A stretch of DNA of 64,000 nt from Thermodesulfobacteriota bacterium (GTDB lineage: Bacteria; Desulfobacterota_D; UBA1144). The notes under the pieces were generated by a model, which had not been told where the DNA came from, searched no databases, and saw nothing but the letters and a program-made list of their open reading frames with translations. Each line of letters opens with the position of its first letter. Within the stretch, counting starts at the first letter, position 1. This document shows, piece by piece, positions 21,101 through 31,648 of this stretch. The DNA lies in the NCBI GenBank assembly GCA_036340075.1, contig JAYYZJ010000012.1, positions 123,079-187,078 of the forward strand, read 5' to 3'. The translations under genes and the position numbers were made by a program.

Positions 21101-21239
21101 TTGTTACTTTCTCGAAACCAACGGATGGAAAAAGTTCTTTTGGTAAATTAAAACCAACGTAAAGGCCAAAAATTATTATTGTTGCCATTAATAGGTTAGA
21201 AAAAACTGGATTTTTTATTGAATAGTCAATAAGTTTCAT
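18177..21239 (-). CDS. RND efflux transporter permease (AcrB/AcrD/AcrF family)
   Basis: 1020 aa; GIVVDDAIIVVEN and RFRAIILTTLTT motifs. Confidence 0.93.
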   Translation of the reverse strand: MKLIDYSIKNPVFSNLLMATIIIFGLYVGFNLPKELFPSVGFEKVTILTIHENSTAEDVEKLITIPIEDKISSISGIKNIKSQSSESRSFIIAELFADEDTEEIAQEIRSEISQIKNDLPDDIDDPIIKDVKGSAPLINVSIGSNGDKNELRFYAKRLKDKLERLGSIESLIESGYGELVFWIYIDQKKLLQYNININEVIDSIKSRNIDLPAGALELGNQEYTIRTKGKIESIYELEGIPLNKKINKMPMILKDIARIELGQEEDMTLSRINGFASISFWIEKQKNKDAIETVEKIKDVIKNFKKTLPDGIEVFVSNDSSYWVKGRFDSMVKTGIYGIIAVLLILSMFLDYRSAFLAALGLPVAFFGAFILMQYTGESLNVITMFGLIMVLGIVVDDAIIVVENVKRYIQKGLPPKEAASKGAKEVAWPVIATIMTNIASLFPILLAEGTLGIFLSIIPQVAIFALVFSLVEALTILPSHCADFVRVTKDTGFFVQQFEKLRRKYLRILIACLRMKYKVLALSFGLLLLTTFILLKIPFVLLYSSDINQYLIKIQNSSNYSLNLTAEKASQVEEIVKRNTSPKLLKNYLTTLGVDFSKKPPQYGDHISNVLVQFHDFEERDTNGLESMKKIQKIVGEEIVGPASIEFVQTTGPPKGKDLDIRIIGDDTLILNEISKELKAFLRSKKGVYGVSDNLTFGKPRLSLKIDEQKAAMYGVDTRTVGKEIRLLIDGIEIDNTRVNDEEAKIKLKIENQWEKQSIENISNHLVVNSRGEFVPISNFSKAEISSNLLGISRYNRQRAASVTAEIDEDITTPREVINSALKFYKTIDNNYPDYKLVLAGEEQDTRESLESVKRASIISILLIYLILATILRSYIQPILIMSVLPFTIIGVTVGILLRGDPISITGLIGVVALLGVVVNDSLILMNFINKSASKNGFGFSVFYSAKNRFRAIILTTLTTFGGLATLMFQTRGEAAYLAPMAISLGVGLAFATLITLVLIPSLYLAFVDFKKRFSGIRT

Positions 21240-21242
21240 TAA

Positions 21243-22322
21243 TTATTTGATTACCTTAACCTTGTTGCCATCTTCAAGCCCAGAATAGCCTTCTACTATT
21301 ATTCTAGTAAGTTCAGGGATACTTTCCGATTCCACTATAGATTCATTACTATTCAATAGTATTGGTTTTACATTAATCTTTTTTGCTTTTCCGTTAGTTT
21401 CTATAAAAATAAAAGATTTACTACCCTCATTTAAAATAGCTTTACTAGGAATTGCTATGTAGTTCTCAAATTTTTCTATTTCTATTTCAATTTCTATAAC
21501 TTCTCCTGGTATAAACTTATCGCTAGAATTGTCTATCTTAAATTCAAGCACATAAGTAACAGTCTCTTTGTCAATCTTTCTACTAATTCCTATAATTTCG
21601 GGACTGAATGTTTCATCTTCTTTTATTGCTTGTATGATTTTCGAAGATCGCAGAATCTTTCTTGCATTATCCGAACTCAATTTAGATTTACCTATAAGGT
21701 ACGAATTATCTACATATTTAAATAATTTCTTTCCTCTTGTAACTTTTTGTCCCACATCTTGATAAAATTTATTAATATATCCATTGAATGGTGCCACCAC
21801 ATTTAGATTATGAAATTCCCATAAAACTTTTTTATATCTTGCTTCTTGTGCATCATGTTCAGATTTAGATTGATTAAACAAATTTTTCTTTGTATCTAAT
21901 TCGCTCGATGAAATTATTTCTTTTCCGTATAGCGAGATTGCATTTTTATAATTCCTAGCTGCTTCATCAAGTCTAGATTTATGGGAATTTAATAAATCTT
22001 CAGCCTCTTTTAGTTCTAGCAATTTGCGAGTATCTTTCATCTTCAGAATTACATCATCTTTATTAACAAAATCGCCTATTTCATAGTTTCTTGACTCAAT
22101 AGTCCCATCTACTTCAGCAATAACATCAATTGATTTGGAGCTGTAAAGTTTTGCAAACATTCTCAATTTTTTATTGAAATTACTGACTTTTCTATCTATA
22201 ACTAGCACTCTTTTACTAGGAAATTCAGGCTGAACAGAGCTCCTATTGCCATATTGGTAGTAAAAACCCACGATTATAAGGAGTGCGAAAATCAAAAAGA
22301 ATTTAAAAAGCTTTTTTTTCAT
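21243..22322 (-). CDS. RND efflux periplasmic adaptor subunit
   Basis: N-terminal anchor, lipoyl-like halves (AEVDG..., VAPFNG) flanking a coiled coil; directly upstream of the RND permease. Confidence 0.9.
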   Translation of the reverse strand: MKKKLFKFFLIFALLIIVGFYYQYGNRSSVQPEFPSKRVLVIDRKVSNFNKKLRMFAKLYSSKSIDVIAEVDGTIESRNYEIGDFVNKDDVILKMKDTRKLLELKEAEDLLNSHKSRLDEAARNYKNAISLYGKEIISSSELDTKKNLFNQSKSEHDAQEARYKKVLWEFHNLNVVAPFNGYINKFYQDVGQKVTRGKKLFKYVDNSYLIGKSKLSSDNARKILRSSKIIQAIKEDETFSPEIIGISRKIDKETVTYVLEFKIDNSSDKFIPGEVIEIEIEIEKFENYIAIPSKAILNEGSKSFIFIETNGKAKKINVKPILLNSNESIVESESIPELTRIIVEGYSGLEDGNKVKVIK

Positions 22323-22368
22323 TAGAGGCCCTTTAGGGGATAATATACATGATTTTATTAGATAAAAT

Positions 22369-22397
22369 TTGCAATTTTACTCTTAAAAAACTATTAT
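22369..22397 (+). promoter_or_regulatory. Sigma70 promoter of the HU gene
   Basis: TTGCAA-17 bp-TATTAT; GGAGG SD downstream. Confidence 0.55.
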
Positions 22398-22441
22398 ATG
22401 GAAATAAGATAAAACGCTATATTTATTGGAGGATTTTAACA

Positions 22442-22720
22442 ATGGCACTTACAAAATCACAAATCACATCAACTTTAGCAGAAAGTCTAGGAATATCTAA
22501 AGCTGATGCAGCTAGATATTTGGATACATTAGCAGGATTAGCCTGTAGTGAAGCTAAAAATAATGGAAGTTTTACAATTCCAGGGTTGGGTAAATTAGTA
22601 CTAGTAGATAGAAAAGCTAGAATGGGAAGAAACCCACAGACTGGAGAAGCTATTCAAATTCCAGCTAAGAAAGTTGTTAAATTTAGAGTTTCAAAAGCTT
22701 GTAAGGATTCAGTACTTTAA
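22442..22720 (+). CDS. hup: HU-family DNA-binding protein
   Basis: RKARMGRNPQTGEAIQIPAKKVVKF; ATG at 22442 follows GGAGG. Confidence 0.95.
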   Translation: MALTKSQITSTLAESLGISKADAARYLDTLAGLACSEAKNNGSFTIPGLGKLVLVDRKARMGRNPQTGEAIQIPAKKVVKFRVSKACKDSVL

Positions 22721-22759
22721 ACATAAGATCTGAATTCTTTTAGTTATTGATTTAATTTT

Positions 22760-23965
22760 TTAGTTTGAACTTTGTCTGATTTCCTTTACTTTGTCGGCAA
22801 TTTCTTTCGATAGTAATTCTTTTGAAATCAGACCTAGTTCTTTCGAAGTACCATCTTTAGATATTAAAAACGAGAAGTTCTTAGTACTTCCAAAACCTGA
22901 CCCTTTCTTTGATACATCATTTGCAACTATTAAATCCAAATTCTTTTTATGGATTTTTTCCAATGAATTGTTGATTACATCATCAGTTTCAGCTGAGAAC
23001 CCAACAAGAATTTGTGTATCTTTTTTATTTAGACCAATTTGTTCCAAAATATCGATTGTATTTTCCATCTCAAAAAATAGTTCACCATTATTTTTTTTGA
23101 GTTTTTTATTCTTCTTTTGTTTGAATTTAAAATCGCCAACAGCCGCTGATTTGATAATGACAGAATAGTTATCTAAATCCTTCATTATATGTTCTGCCAT
23201 TTTATCGGACGATTCATACTTAAAATAATTAGGAAAATATTCAAAATTTTCTTCTACGTATCCAGAAATTATTTCTAGGTCAGCACCTCTAAAGTAGAAT
23301 TCATTCGCTAAACAAAAACCCATTATTCCCGATGATGGGTTAGATAAAAATCTTATTGGATCTAAATATTCCCTTGTTGCTCCACAAGTAATTAGTACTT
23401 TTTCTTTTTCGAAGTCCTTACTCGAGACTTTTTTTTTAATTGACATTAAAATCTTGTCTAAATCAGCAAGTCTTCCTTTTCCTTCCCAGCCACATGCTAA
23501 TTCTCCTGTACCTGGTTCTACAAATTCAATTCCCAGTTTCTCTAGCTTGCTTATGTTCTCTTGTATTAAAGGATTGTTGTACATGTTTACGTTCATCGCT
23601 GGGCATACTATCACATCCGACTCTGTTGCCATTAGTATATTCAGAAGCAAATTGTCAGCGATTCCATTTGCATATTTTGAAATAAAATTTGCAGTAGCAG
23701 GACAAATAATTACTAAATCAGCATTATCCGCGAGGTTTATATGAGATATGCTAGATTCATCGGTCTCATACATGTTTGTATAAACTTTCCTTCCAGAAAG
23801 AGATTGAAATGTCATACTACTTACAAATTTTTCGGCATTTGAAGTCATGACAACATTTACAATAGCTTCTTCTTTTACCAGAGATCTAACAAGCTCACAC
23901 GACTTATAGATTGAGACACCTCCTGTAACACCAAGCAAAATATTTTTTCCTTTTAAATTATTCAT
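22760..23965 (-). CDS. coaBC: Bifunctional phosphopantothenoylcysteine decarboxylase/synthetase
   Basis: LGVTGG, PATAN, PAMN, LACG..GKGRL, DPIRFLSNPSSG and GFSAET motifs; start taken at MNNLK, next to the ilvD stop. Confidence 0.95.
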   Translation of the reverse strand: MNNLKGKNILLGVTGGVSIYKSCELVRSLVKEEAIVNVVMTSNAEKFVSSMTFQSLSGRKVYTNMYETDESSISHINLADNADLVIICPATANFISKYANGIADNLLLNILMATESDVIVCPAMNVNMYNNPLIQENISKLEKLGIEFVEPGTGELACGWEGKGRLADLDKILMSIKKKVSSKDFEKEKVLITCGATREYLDPIRFLSNPSSGIMGFCLANEFYFRGADLEIISGYVEENFEYFPNYFKYESSDKMAEHIMKDLDNYSVIIKSAAVGDFKFKQKKNKKLKKNNGELFFEMENTIDILEQIGLNKKDTQILVGFSAETDDVINNSLEKIHKKNLDLIVANDVSKKGSGFGSTKNFSFLISKDGTSKELGLISKELLSKEIADKVKEIRQSSN

Positions 23966-23966
23966 G

Positions 23967-25643
23967 TTATTTAATTTTACCATCTGTGATGGCACCTTTC
24001 GAAGCCGAACTTACAAGAACAGAATATTTATATATTGCTCCAGTTAAATGTTTTTGCGAAGGTTTTTTCCATTTCTTCTTTCTTAAAGAAAGCTCTTTTT
24101 TGCTAACTTTTAATTCTAGTGTGTTAGAGGATGAGTCAATCTTGATAATATCCCCATTTTTTATGAATGCAATTATTCCACCATCAAAAGCTTCTGGTGT
24201 TATATGTCCAACAACGAATCCGTGGGTTCCACCTGAAAATCTGCCATCTGTTATTAGTGCTACTTCAGAGCCAAGACCTTGACCCATGATAGCAGAGGTT
24301 GGGGCAAGCATTTCTCTCATTCCAGGACCACCTTTTGGCCCCTCGTATCTTATAACAACGACGTTACCTTTTTTAATTCTCTTTTTTAAAATCGCCTTCA
24401 TACAATCTTCTTCTGAATTAAAAACCACTGCTTTACCTTCAAACGATAGTCCTTCTTTTCCAGATATTTTTGCTACTGCTCCATCAGGAGATATATTTCC
24501 TTTCATAATTATAATGTGACTATCTTTTTTTATAGGATTCTGAATTTCTCTTATAACACTTATACCTAAATTATCTTTTATATTTCTAAGATTTTCTTTA
24601 ATTGTTTTTCCAGTAACTGTTAAACAATCACCATGGATTAAACCATTGTCTAATAATCTTTTTAGAAAAGGTGGCAAGCCTCCCATTTCACAAAACTTTG
24701 CCATCATATGGGTGCCGCTAGGCTTTAAATCTGCTAATACCGGAACCCTTTTGCCAATTCTCGTAAAATCATCAATATCAAGCTTAACCCCTATCGAGCT
24801 TGCCATTGCTAATAAATGGAGTACAGCATTAGTAGATCCACCGAGAGCAATAGTAACAGTTATAGCATTTTCAAATGCCTTTTTAGTCATAATGTCTTTT
24901 GGCTTAATATCTTTTTTTATTAAATTTATCAATGCTTTTCCAGATTCTATACAATCTCTTTCCTTGTTTTTTGAAACAGCAATTTGTGTTGAGCTGCCAG
25001 GCAAACTCATCCCTAAAGCCTCAATGGCTGATGCCATTGTGTTAGCTGTATACATGCCACCACATGAACCAGGTCCAGGTATAGCACATTCTTCAATTCT
25101 TAATAGCTCTTCTTTTGATATAGTTTTATTGGAATATGATCCTACAGCTTCAAAAACTGATACTACGTCTACAGGCTTTTTTTTATATATTCCTGGCAAT
25201 ATAGATCCTCCATATACGAAGATGGATGGTCTATTTAATCTCCCCATTGCAATTAGACAGCCAGGCATATTCTTGTCACAGCCTCCTATAGTTACAATTC
25301 CATCAAATCCTTCAGCAACGGTTACTGTTTCAATTGAATCGGCAATTACTTCTCTTGAGATAAGAGAATATTTCATCCCCGGGGTTCCCATTGATATTCC
25401 ATCAGATACAGTGATTGTATTAAAGATAATAGATTTTCCACCATTAGTATTAGCTCCTTTGGAAGCATATTCTGCTAATTTATTTATATGCATGTTGCAT
25501 GGAGTTACCATAGCCCATGTGGAAGCAACACCAATCATAGGTTTGTCAAAATCAGGGTTAGAAAAACCAACAGCCCTAAGCATTGCTCTGTTTGGAGCTT
25601 TGTCTAGACCGGTAGTAACAACTGACGAATATTTTTTTTTCAT
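23967..25643 (-). CDS. ilvD: Dihydroxy-acid dehydratase
   Basis: [24 protein letters not shown] and TDGRFSGGT motifs. Confidence 0.97.
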   Translation of the reverse strand: MKKKYSSVVTTGLDKAPNRAMLRAVGFSNPDFDKPMIGVASTWAMVTPCNMHINKLAEYASKGANTNGGKSIIFNTITVSDGISMGTPGMKYSLISREVIADSIETVTVAEGFDGIVTIGGCDKNMPGCLIAMGRLNRPSIFVYGGSILPGIYKKKPVDVVSVFEAVGSYSNKTISKEELLRIEECAIPGPGSCGGMYTANTMASAIEALGMSLPGSSTQIAVSKNKERDCIESGKALINLIKKDIKPKDIMTKKAFENAITVTIALGGSTNAVLHLLAMASSIGVKLDIDDFTRIGKRVPVLADLKPSGTHMMAKFCEMGGLPPFLKRLLDNGLIHGDCLTVTGKTIKENLRNIKDNLGISVIREIQNPIKKDSHIIIMKGNISPDGAVAKISGKEGLSFEGKAVVFNSEEDCMKAILKKRIKKGNVVVIRYEGPKGGPGMREMLAPTSAIMGQGLGSEVALITDGRFSGGTHGFVVGHITPEAFDGGIIAFIKNGDIIKIDSSSNTLELKVSKKELSLRKKKWKKPSQKHLTGAIYKYSVLVSSASKGAITDGKIK

Positions 25644-26246
25644 CTATTTTAGATTTTCTTCAACTGCTTGCCAGTTAACAATTTCCCAAAAAGCTTTAAT
25701 GTAATCTGGTCGTCTATTTTGATATGTTAGATAATAAGCATGTTCCCAAACATCAATACCAAGTAATGGATTGAGCCCTGAAGACAAAGGACTATCTTGA
25801 TTAGGTGTAGAAATGCAAACTAGCTTTCCTGCCTTATCTTGACATAGCCAACCCCATCCGCTCCCAAATTGTTTTGTTGCTTTTTCAGAAAATTCCTTTT
25901 TGAAATTATCAAAATCACCAAAGTCAGAATTAATCAGATCAGCAATCTTTCCTTCTGGAGAACTGCTACCACCAGGTGCTATTATTTTCCAAAATAGAGA
26001 GTGATTAGAGTGACCACCTCCACCATTTCTAACTGGAACCCGAATAGATTCAGGTATACCTTCAAGGTTAGTTAATAGTTCATCGACACTCTTTTCAAAC
26101 AACTCAGGGTAGCTTTCTAAAGCAGCATTTAAGTTGGTTATATATGTTTGATGGTGTTTAGAATGATGTATTTCCATCGTTTTAGCATCTATATGAGGTT
26201 GAAGCGCGTCATACGCATAACCTAAATCAGGTAATGAATGTGCCAT
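25644..26246 (-). CDS. sodA: Superoxide dismutase, Mn-type signature
   Basis: [25 protein letters not shown] and DVWEHAYY; the GGH and NQD motifs are the Mn-type signature. Confidence 0.88.
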   Translation of the reverse strand: MAHSLPDLGYAYDALQPHIDAKTMEIHHSKHHQTYITNLNAALESYPELFEKSVDELLTNLEGIPESIRVPVRNGGGGHSNHSLFWKIIAPGGSSSPEGKIADLINSDFGDFDNFKKEFSEKATKQFGSGWGWLCQDKAGKLVCISTPNQDSPLSSGLNPLLGIDVWEHAYYLTYQNRRPDYIKAFWEIVNWQAVEENLK

Positions 26247-26288
26247 AATTTTATACCTCCATATTTAATTTAACAATATAAATATACA

Positions 26289-27179
26289 CTATCTTCTTTT
26301 ATTGTCTTTTTTGTAATGAAAAACATAGGAGATTATCTTGTAACATAATTTCGCTGCAATAAAGTTTGAGGAATGCATGCCTTTGATTGGAGCTAATTCA
26401 TTAATATCAACACCAATAATATTGGAATTTGAAACTATAGCTTTAACTATCTTAATGGCTTCGTCCCAAAAAAGCCCTCCGGGCTCTGGTGTGCCGGTTG
26501 CTGGGATAAGGCTTGGATCGAAAGCATCTAAATCAAAAGTAATATATACATTTTTACCTTTTATATGCTTTTCTATGTTTTTCCACTTTTTTTTGTCTTT
26601 TGCCCAAAAGATTTTTATTTTATTTTTATTATCCTCAAAAAAATCTCTTTCTTTTTTTGATAAACTCCTTATTCCTATAGAAACTACTTCTACATCGGCG
26701 ATTTCCATGCATCTTCGCATTACACAAGCGTGAGAATTTTTTTTGCCTTGATAAGAATTTCTAATATCGGCATGTGCATCAAAATGAACAATCGTAAAGT
26801 TTTTAAACTTTCTTTTTAAAGCTCGAATCGACGAAATTGATATCGTATGCTCACCACCAAGTGTAATAGGCAGCTTGTTCATATCTATAACACTTAAAAC
26901 TCTTTTTTCTAAATCATTAAGAGCCATATTTGTTTTTTTTGGAATATTTTTAGATTTTAAAGTTCTAATGCCAATTTGCTCGTATGGCTCATAATTTAAT
27001 TCTTCATCATAAAGTTCTATTTGATGAGAAGCTTTGATTATTTCTTTTGGTCCATTAGATGTTCCTTTCCCATAGCTTACTGAATGTTCTAGTCCAAAAG
27101 GAATTATTATTACGCGAGTCTTTTTAATTGGCGGATTTTTAGTTCCCAAGAACCCATTCTTTAAAAATTCATATTTCAT
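26289..27179 (-). CDS. speB: Agmatinase (ureohydrolase family)
   Basis: GGEH, DAHAD, DLDAFDP and TGTPEPGG motifs. Confidence 0.88.
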   Translation of the reverse strand: MKYEFLKNGFLGTKNPPIKKTRVIIIPFGLEHSVSYGKGTSNGPKEIIKASHQIELYDEELNYEPYEQIGIRTLKSKNIPKKTNMALNDLEKRVLSVIDMNKLPITLGGEHTISISSIRALKRKFKNFTIVHFDAHADIRNSYQGKKNSHACVMRRCMEIADVEVVSIGIRSLSKKERDFFEDNKNKIKIFWAKDKKKWKNIEKHIKGKNVYITFDLDAFDPSLIPATGTPEPGGLFWDEAIKIVKAIVSNSNIIGVDINELAPIKGMHSSNFIAAKLCYKIISYVFHYKKDNKRR

Positions 27180-27183
27180 TAAA

Positions 27184-27660
27184 TTAGTTTCTTTTTAGCA
27201 AAATAATAGTTTTACATGCAATTGCCAGGTTTTTTCCTACTGAGTCTAAGCCTTCTTTCGTGGTTGCTTTAACTGAAATATTTTCTTTAGGTATTTTTAA
27301 CATCTTTTCTAATGATTTTCTTATTTTTGTTTTGTATTTATAGAGTTTAGGTTTTTCACATATTAAAGTTGAATCAATATTTTCTATTGTATAGTTTTCT
27401 AACTCCATTATTTTTAGAACTTCTTTTAAAAAATAAGCACTCTTTTTATTTTTATATTTTGGATCCTTATCACTAAAATGAGTTCCTATATCACCTTTTG
27501 CTAATGCTCCAAGAATTGAATCACAGATTGTGTGTAACAATAAGTCAGCATCAGAATGACCCTCAAGCCCTAGAGCCGATGGTATACGAATCCCACCAAT
27601 AAACAGGCTTCTGTTTTTTGTCAACTTATGGATGTCGTACCCTAGGCCAATCCTATACAT
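27184..27660 (-). CDS. ispF: 2-C-methyl-D-erythritol 2,4-cyclodiphosphate synthase
   Basis: RIGLGYDIH, GHSDAD, GDIGTHF and KATTKEG motifs. Confidence 0.96.
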   Translation of the reverse strand: MYRIGLGYDIHKLTKNRSLFIGGIRIPSALGLEGHSDADLLLHTICDSILGALAKGDIGTHFSDKDPKYKNKKSAYFLKEVLKIMELENYTIENIDSTLICEKPKLYKYKTKIRKSLEKMLKIPKENISVKATTKEGLDSVGKNLAIACKTIILLKRN

Positions 27661-28348
27661 TTCTAAGTAATAGTTTATACATATTTAAGTCTTCTTTTGT
27701 AGTTATCTTTAAATTAAATTTATTATTTTCATATAGCTTGACTTTGTATCCATTCTTTTCAAGAAGCTGAGCCTCATCAGTATATTCTGTGAATTTTAAA
27801 TCAGATTCGTAACATTTCTTTAACGAAGAATATGTAAAAATTTGTGGTGTTTCAGCACACCATAGCTTATCCCTTTCCACAGTTTTGTTAATTAAATTTT
27901 TCCCAGAGGCTTTTTTAACGGTATCTTGAATTTTGGAAGCCAATATTATGCCCTGATACTTTCCCATAGACTTAATCATCTTATTTACTATTCTAGTATC
28001 AATGTTTGGTCTCGCTGAGTCATGAATAATTACCATCCCAGTGTCAGCATTAATTTTCTGAAACGCATTGAATACACTTCTTGCTCTTGTTGTGCCACCA
28101 TAACAGACAGTTATTTTCTTTTTAATTGAATATTTTTTTAATAATTTTTCAATATATGGTGTGCCGACTTTTTTATTAATAGTTATAATAATTTGATCAA
28201 CATTTTTAATTCTCAGTATAGATTTTAAAGAATAAATCATAACAGGGAAATCATTTATCAATTCAAATTGTTTCCCCTTATTTGTTTTTCCGAACCTAGT
28301 TCCGTTTCCAGCTGAGGTTAATATAAAAGATAATTTCTTTTTTGACAT
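27653..28348 (-). CDS. ispD: MEP cytidylyltransferase
   Basis: SAGNGTRF, IHDSARP, ETPQIF and KITTKEDL motifs. Confidence 0.93.
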   Translation of the reverse strand: MSKKKLSFILTSAGNGTRFGKTNKGKQFELINDFPVMIYSLKSILRIKNVDQIIITINKKVGTPYIEKLLKKYSIKKKITVCYGGTTRARSVFNAFQKINADTGMVIIHDSARPNIDTRIVNKMIKSMGKYQGIILASKIQDTVKKASGKNLINKTVERDKLWCAETPQIFTYSSLKKCYESDLKFTEYTDEAQLLEKNGYKVKLYENNKFNLKITTKEDLNMYKLLLRNV

Positions 28349-28350
28349 TC

Positions 28351-29370
28351 TTAATTGTTAGATATGGCGCTATCTTTATCTCTAATGTCTCCAAGCTTAG
28401 AGAAAATCATTCGACCAGTTGGGGTTTGAATCACGCTTGTTATTATTATGTTAATTTCTTGACTGATATGTTTTTTAGCATTATCAATAACTACCATAGT
28501 TCCATCATCAAGATAACCTACACCTTGATTTTCATCTTTACCCTGTTTTATAACTTTAATTTTCATATGTTCCCCTGGCAAAATAACAGGCCTTAGGGAG
28601 TTTGCCAATTGATTAACATTTAAAACTCTCACACCTTGTAAATTTGCGACTTTAGTTAAATTAAAATCATTTGTAACCAAATGTCCTTTAAGTTCTTTAG
28701 CAAGGCGAACTAACTTTAAATCAACTTCCTTAATGCTAGTGAAATCTCTATCAACTATTTTTACTTTTACATTCTTTTGATCTTGCATTTTTTTAAGTAC
28801 CTCAAGGCCACGTCTTCCACGAACTTTTTTTAAAGAATCAGGCGAATCCGCAATCCACTGTAATTCACGTATTACAAATTGTGGAACTATTATTTCACCT
28901 TCTATGAATCCGATTTCAGATATATCCGATATTCGTCCATCAATTATTGCGCTTGTATCTAATACTTTTGCAAAGAAATAATTCTCTGGCGTTCTTTTTT
29001 CAGGCTCTGGGTCAGCGCCTTTTTTTAATCCTACGGCAATACCTAAACAAAGAATGGAAAGAAACACTATTGGATATGTAAATATAGGATATTTATCATG
29101 TAGACCAACTATTTGTGAAAAATATGCAAAAGTTAAGAATAGCAGTAAGGATCCAGCAACCCCAATTGTTGCTCCAACTAATGCCTTAGCGCTTAAATTT
29201 GCAAATAATTTTTCTGAATAATAAACAAAGAAAAAGGTTATAAGCGCACAAAAAATACCCATACCAACTGAATATGGCAATATTAAATCCCCGGCATCCA
29301 GATTTGTTAAAGTTAGCCAGAAACCGGCAATTGCACTAATTATAGAAAAAATTATTCTTAATGGAGTCAT
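28351..29370 (-). CDS. PIN/TRAM domain membrane protein (YacL family)
   Basis: LDTSAIIDGRI, TNDFNL and QGVGYLDDGTMVV motifs; usual position upstream of ispD-ispF. Confidence 0.92.
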   Translation of the reverse strand: MTPLRIIFSIISAIAGFWLTLTNLDAGDLILPYSVGMGIFCALITFFFVYYSEKLFANLSAKALVGATIGVAGSLLLFLTFAYFSQIVGLHDKYPIFTYPIVFLSILCLGIAVGLKKGADPEPEKRTPENYFFAKVLDTSAIIDGRISDISEIGFIEGEIIVPQFVIRELQWIADSPDSLKKVRGRRGLEVLKKMQDQKNVKVKIVDRDFTSIKEVDLKLVRLAKELKGHLVTNDFNLTKVANLQGVRVLNVNQLANSLRPVILPGEHMKIKVIKQGKDENQGVGYLDDGTMVVIDNAKKHISQEINIIITSVIQTPTGRMIFSKLGDIRDKDSAISNN

Positions 29371-29457
29371 AAACCAAATTATAAAGTATGAGCTCTAATT
29401 AACAAGTTTAGAACAATGAAACAGAGAATGTTGTGGTAATATTCTTTTAGTGGTTCT

Positions 29458-30759
29458 ATGATTGAAAGATATTCATTAGACGAAATGAGGTCAGTATGGT
29501 CGGACGAGAACAGATACCAAAAATGGCTTGATGTTGAAATAGCCGTATGTGAAGCATGGAGCTACTACGGATATATACCAAAATCCTCAGCAAGAAATAT
29601 AAAGAAAAAAGCAAAGTTTTCTGTTAAAAGAATTAATTCAATAGAAAAAATCACAAAACATGATGTAATTGCTTTTACAACAAATCTTTCAGAATCAATA
29701 GGTAAAGATTCAAGGTTTGTTCATATGGGTCTAACATCTTCTGATGTTTTAGACACATCCTTGTCGTTACTTATTGTTGAATCTGGCAATTTAATTAGAA
29801 TTGAATTAAATGAGTTAATAAAGATTCTTTCAAGACTAGCAAAAAAACATATTAGAACTCCAATTATAGGTAGATCGCATGGTATCCATGCTGAAGTTAC
29901 AACCTTTGGCCTTGTAGTCGCAAATTGGCTTGATGAAGCAAAGCGTGCACGTAAAAGACTAGATAGCTCCGTTGATATTTGTAGAGTAGGTAAAATGTCT
30001 GGTCCAGTAGGCACTTACTCAAACATATTACCAAAGATTGAATCGAAAGCTTGCTCTATACTTAAACTCAAGCCCGCAAATATAAGTAGTCAAATATTAA
30101 ATAGAGATTATTATGCGGATTATTTTACTTCATTATCTTTTATTGCTTCTTTGATAGAAAGAATATCAGTGCAGATTAGACATATGCAAAGAACAGAAGT
30201 CCTTGAAGTCGAAGAACCTTTTGCTAAAGGCCAAAAGGGCTCTTCAGCAATGCCGCACAAAAGAAATCCAATACTGTCTGAGAATCTAACCGGTCTTTCG
30301 CGGATTGTTAGAGCCAATACTGTTGCATCTTTTGAGAATATTCCTCTTTGGCATGAACGAGATATAAGTCATTCATCAGTTGAAAGAGTAATAGGGCCAG
30401 ATTCTTCAATCTTAACTCACTTTATGTTACGTAGAACGGGCTACATGTTAAAAAATCTAAATGTATATAAAGAAAATATGCTTTCTAATATTTGGAAATC
30501 ACGAGGTGTTATTTTTTCTCAAAATGTTTTAGATATGTTGATAAAGAAAGGACTTAGTAGAGAGAAATCTTATCAAATAGTTCAAAGAATTGCCCATGCT
30601 TCCTGGAATAATCAAGAAGATTTTAAGGAACTTTTGATTAACGATAGTGAAGTTATAGAAATTTTAAATAAATCAGAAATTGAAAAGGCGATTAGTTTAG
30701 ACAAAAAGCTTTTTTCTACTGCGGAATTAATTTTAAAGAGAGTTGTAAAATCAAAATGA
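29458..30759 (+). CDS. purB: Adenylosuccinate lyase
   Basis: MIERY, HDVIAF, GRSHGIHAE and GSSAMPHKRNP motifs. Confidence 0.97.
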   Translation: MIERYSLDEMRSVWSDENRYQKWLDVEIAVCEAWSYYGYIPKSSARNIKKKAKFSVKRINSIEKITKHDVIAFTTNLSESIGKDSRFVHMGLTSSDVLDTSLSLLIVESGNLIRIELNELIKILSRLAKKHIRTPIIGRSHGIHAEVTTFGLVVANWLDEAKRARKRLDSSVDICRVGKMSGPVGTYSNILPKIESKACSILKLKPANISSQILNRDYYADYFTSLSFIASLIERISVQIRHMQRTEVLEVEEPFAKGQKGSSAMPHKRNPILSENLTGLSRIVRANTVASFENIPLWHERDISHSSVERVIGPDSSILTHFMLRRTGYMLKNLNVYKENMLSNIWKSRGVIFSQNVLDMLIKKGLSREKSYQIVQRIAHASWNNQEDFKELLINDSEVIEILNKSEIEKAISLDKKLFSTAELILKRVVKSK

Positions 30760-31634
30760 AAAGATTATTAAGCTTAACAGTTTTATTGTTGATACTTTTT
30801 GTTGGATGCGATTTTATAAAAAAAAACACTACTTCATCGGAGACAGTAACAAAAGAAGAAATTTTAGTTAAATTCAAAAACAATTTTGCTGATGTTATTC
30901 CAGAAGAAACACTCTTACAAGTCGCGGGCTTAAGACCAGCCCCAATAGAAGGATTACAGCAGGGTGTTATATTATTTAAAACTATTGATGGAACTAGGCA
31001 GCTATCCTTTTTTATTTCAAATAATGGTAAGTATATTATTTTTAATCCAGAGTTGCATAATCTTGAAGGACCATTAGAAAATAAAGGAGTTATGAACCAG
31101 ATAGATTTATCATCTTCACCTAAATATGGAGAATCCACTGTTGATGCAATCAGTGTTATTGAATATTCTGATTTCCAATGTCCAGCATGCAGATATGCAG
31201 CTATCGAAGTTGTAAGTGTTTTAAAAGAAAAATATGGCAAAAGAATAAATTTATATTTTAAACATTTTCCTTTAAGTTTTCACAAATGGGCAGATGATGC
31301 TGCTTATTACACAGCTTGTATAAATACAAGATTTGGATCTAAAAATTTCTGGAAAATCCATGATCTGATATTTAATTCACAGGATAAAATCAAAGAAGAG
31401 AGTTTCAAGGAAGATATGGTGAGAATTTCAGAAAAAGAGAATTTAACTTTTCCATATAAAGAATGTTTAGAGTCTTATAATAACGAAATTTACAAGAAAA
31501 GCGTTGAACTAGATTTAGAAGAAGCTAAGAGTTTAGGTATTAATTCTACACCTACTTTTATTATAGAAGGCTATTATGTGAAAGGCGCCGATTTATTCAA
31601 AATAATAGAAGCTATTGAAAAGTTCTCCGAATAG
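30756..31634 (+). CDS. DsbA/BdbD-like thiol-disulfide oxidoreductase lipoprotein
   Basis: Lipobox (FVGC), EYSDFQCPAC, KHFPL and GINSTPTF motifs. Confidence 0.88.
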   Translation: MKRLLSLTVLLLILFVGCDFIKKNTTSSETVTKEEILVKFKNNFADVIPEETLLQVAGLRPAPIEGLQQGVILFKTIDGTRQLSFFISNNGKYIIFNPELHNLEGPLENKGVMNQIDLSSSPKYGESTVDAISVIEYSDFQCPACRYAAIEVVSVLKEKYGKRINLYFKHFPLSFHKWADDAAYYTACINTRFGSKNFWKIHDLIFNSQDKIKEESFKEDMVRISEKENLTFPYKECLESYNNEIYKKSVELDLEEAKSLGINSTPTFIIEGYYVKGADLFKIIEAIEKFSE

Positions 31635-31648
31635 AAATTGATAAAACT

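Noticed and set aside
22349..22441. N-terminal extension of HU in the ORF track
   Set aside because: The region contains the promoter and the GGAGG SD; the real start is the ATG at 22442.
24646..25704. 352-aa ORF on the + strand
   Set aside because: It is the antisense shadow of ilvD, has no recognisable motifs, and is explained by ilvD codon usage.
28351..29370. PIN domain as a toxin-antitoxin or defence gene
   Set aside because: It is the membrane-anchored PIN/TRAM (YacL) type in its usual ispD-ispF context, with no antitoxin.
30716..31240. 174-aa minus-strand ORF and the other short ORFs nested inside annotated genes
   Set aside because: They lie opposite or within well-supported genes and show no motifs or start signals.
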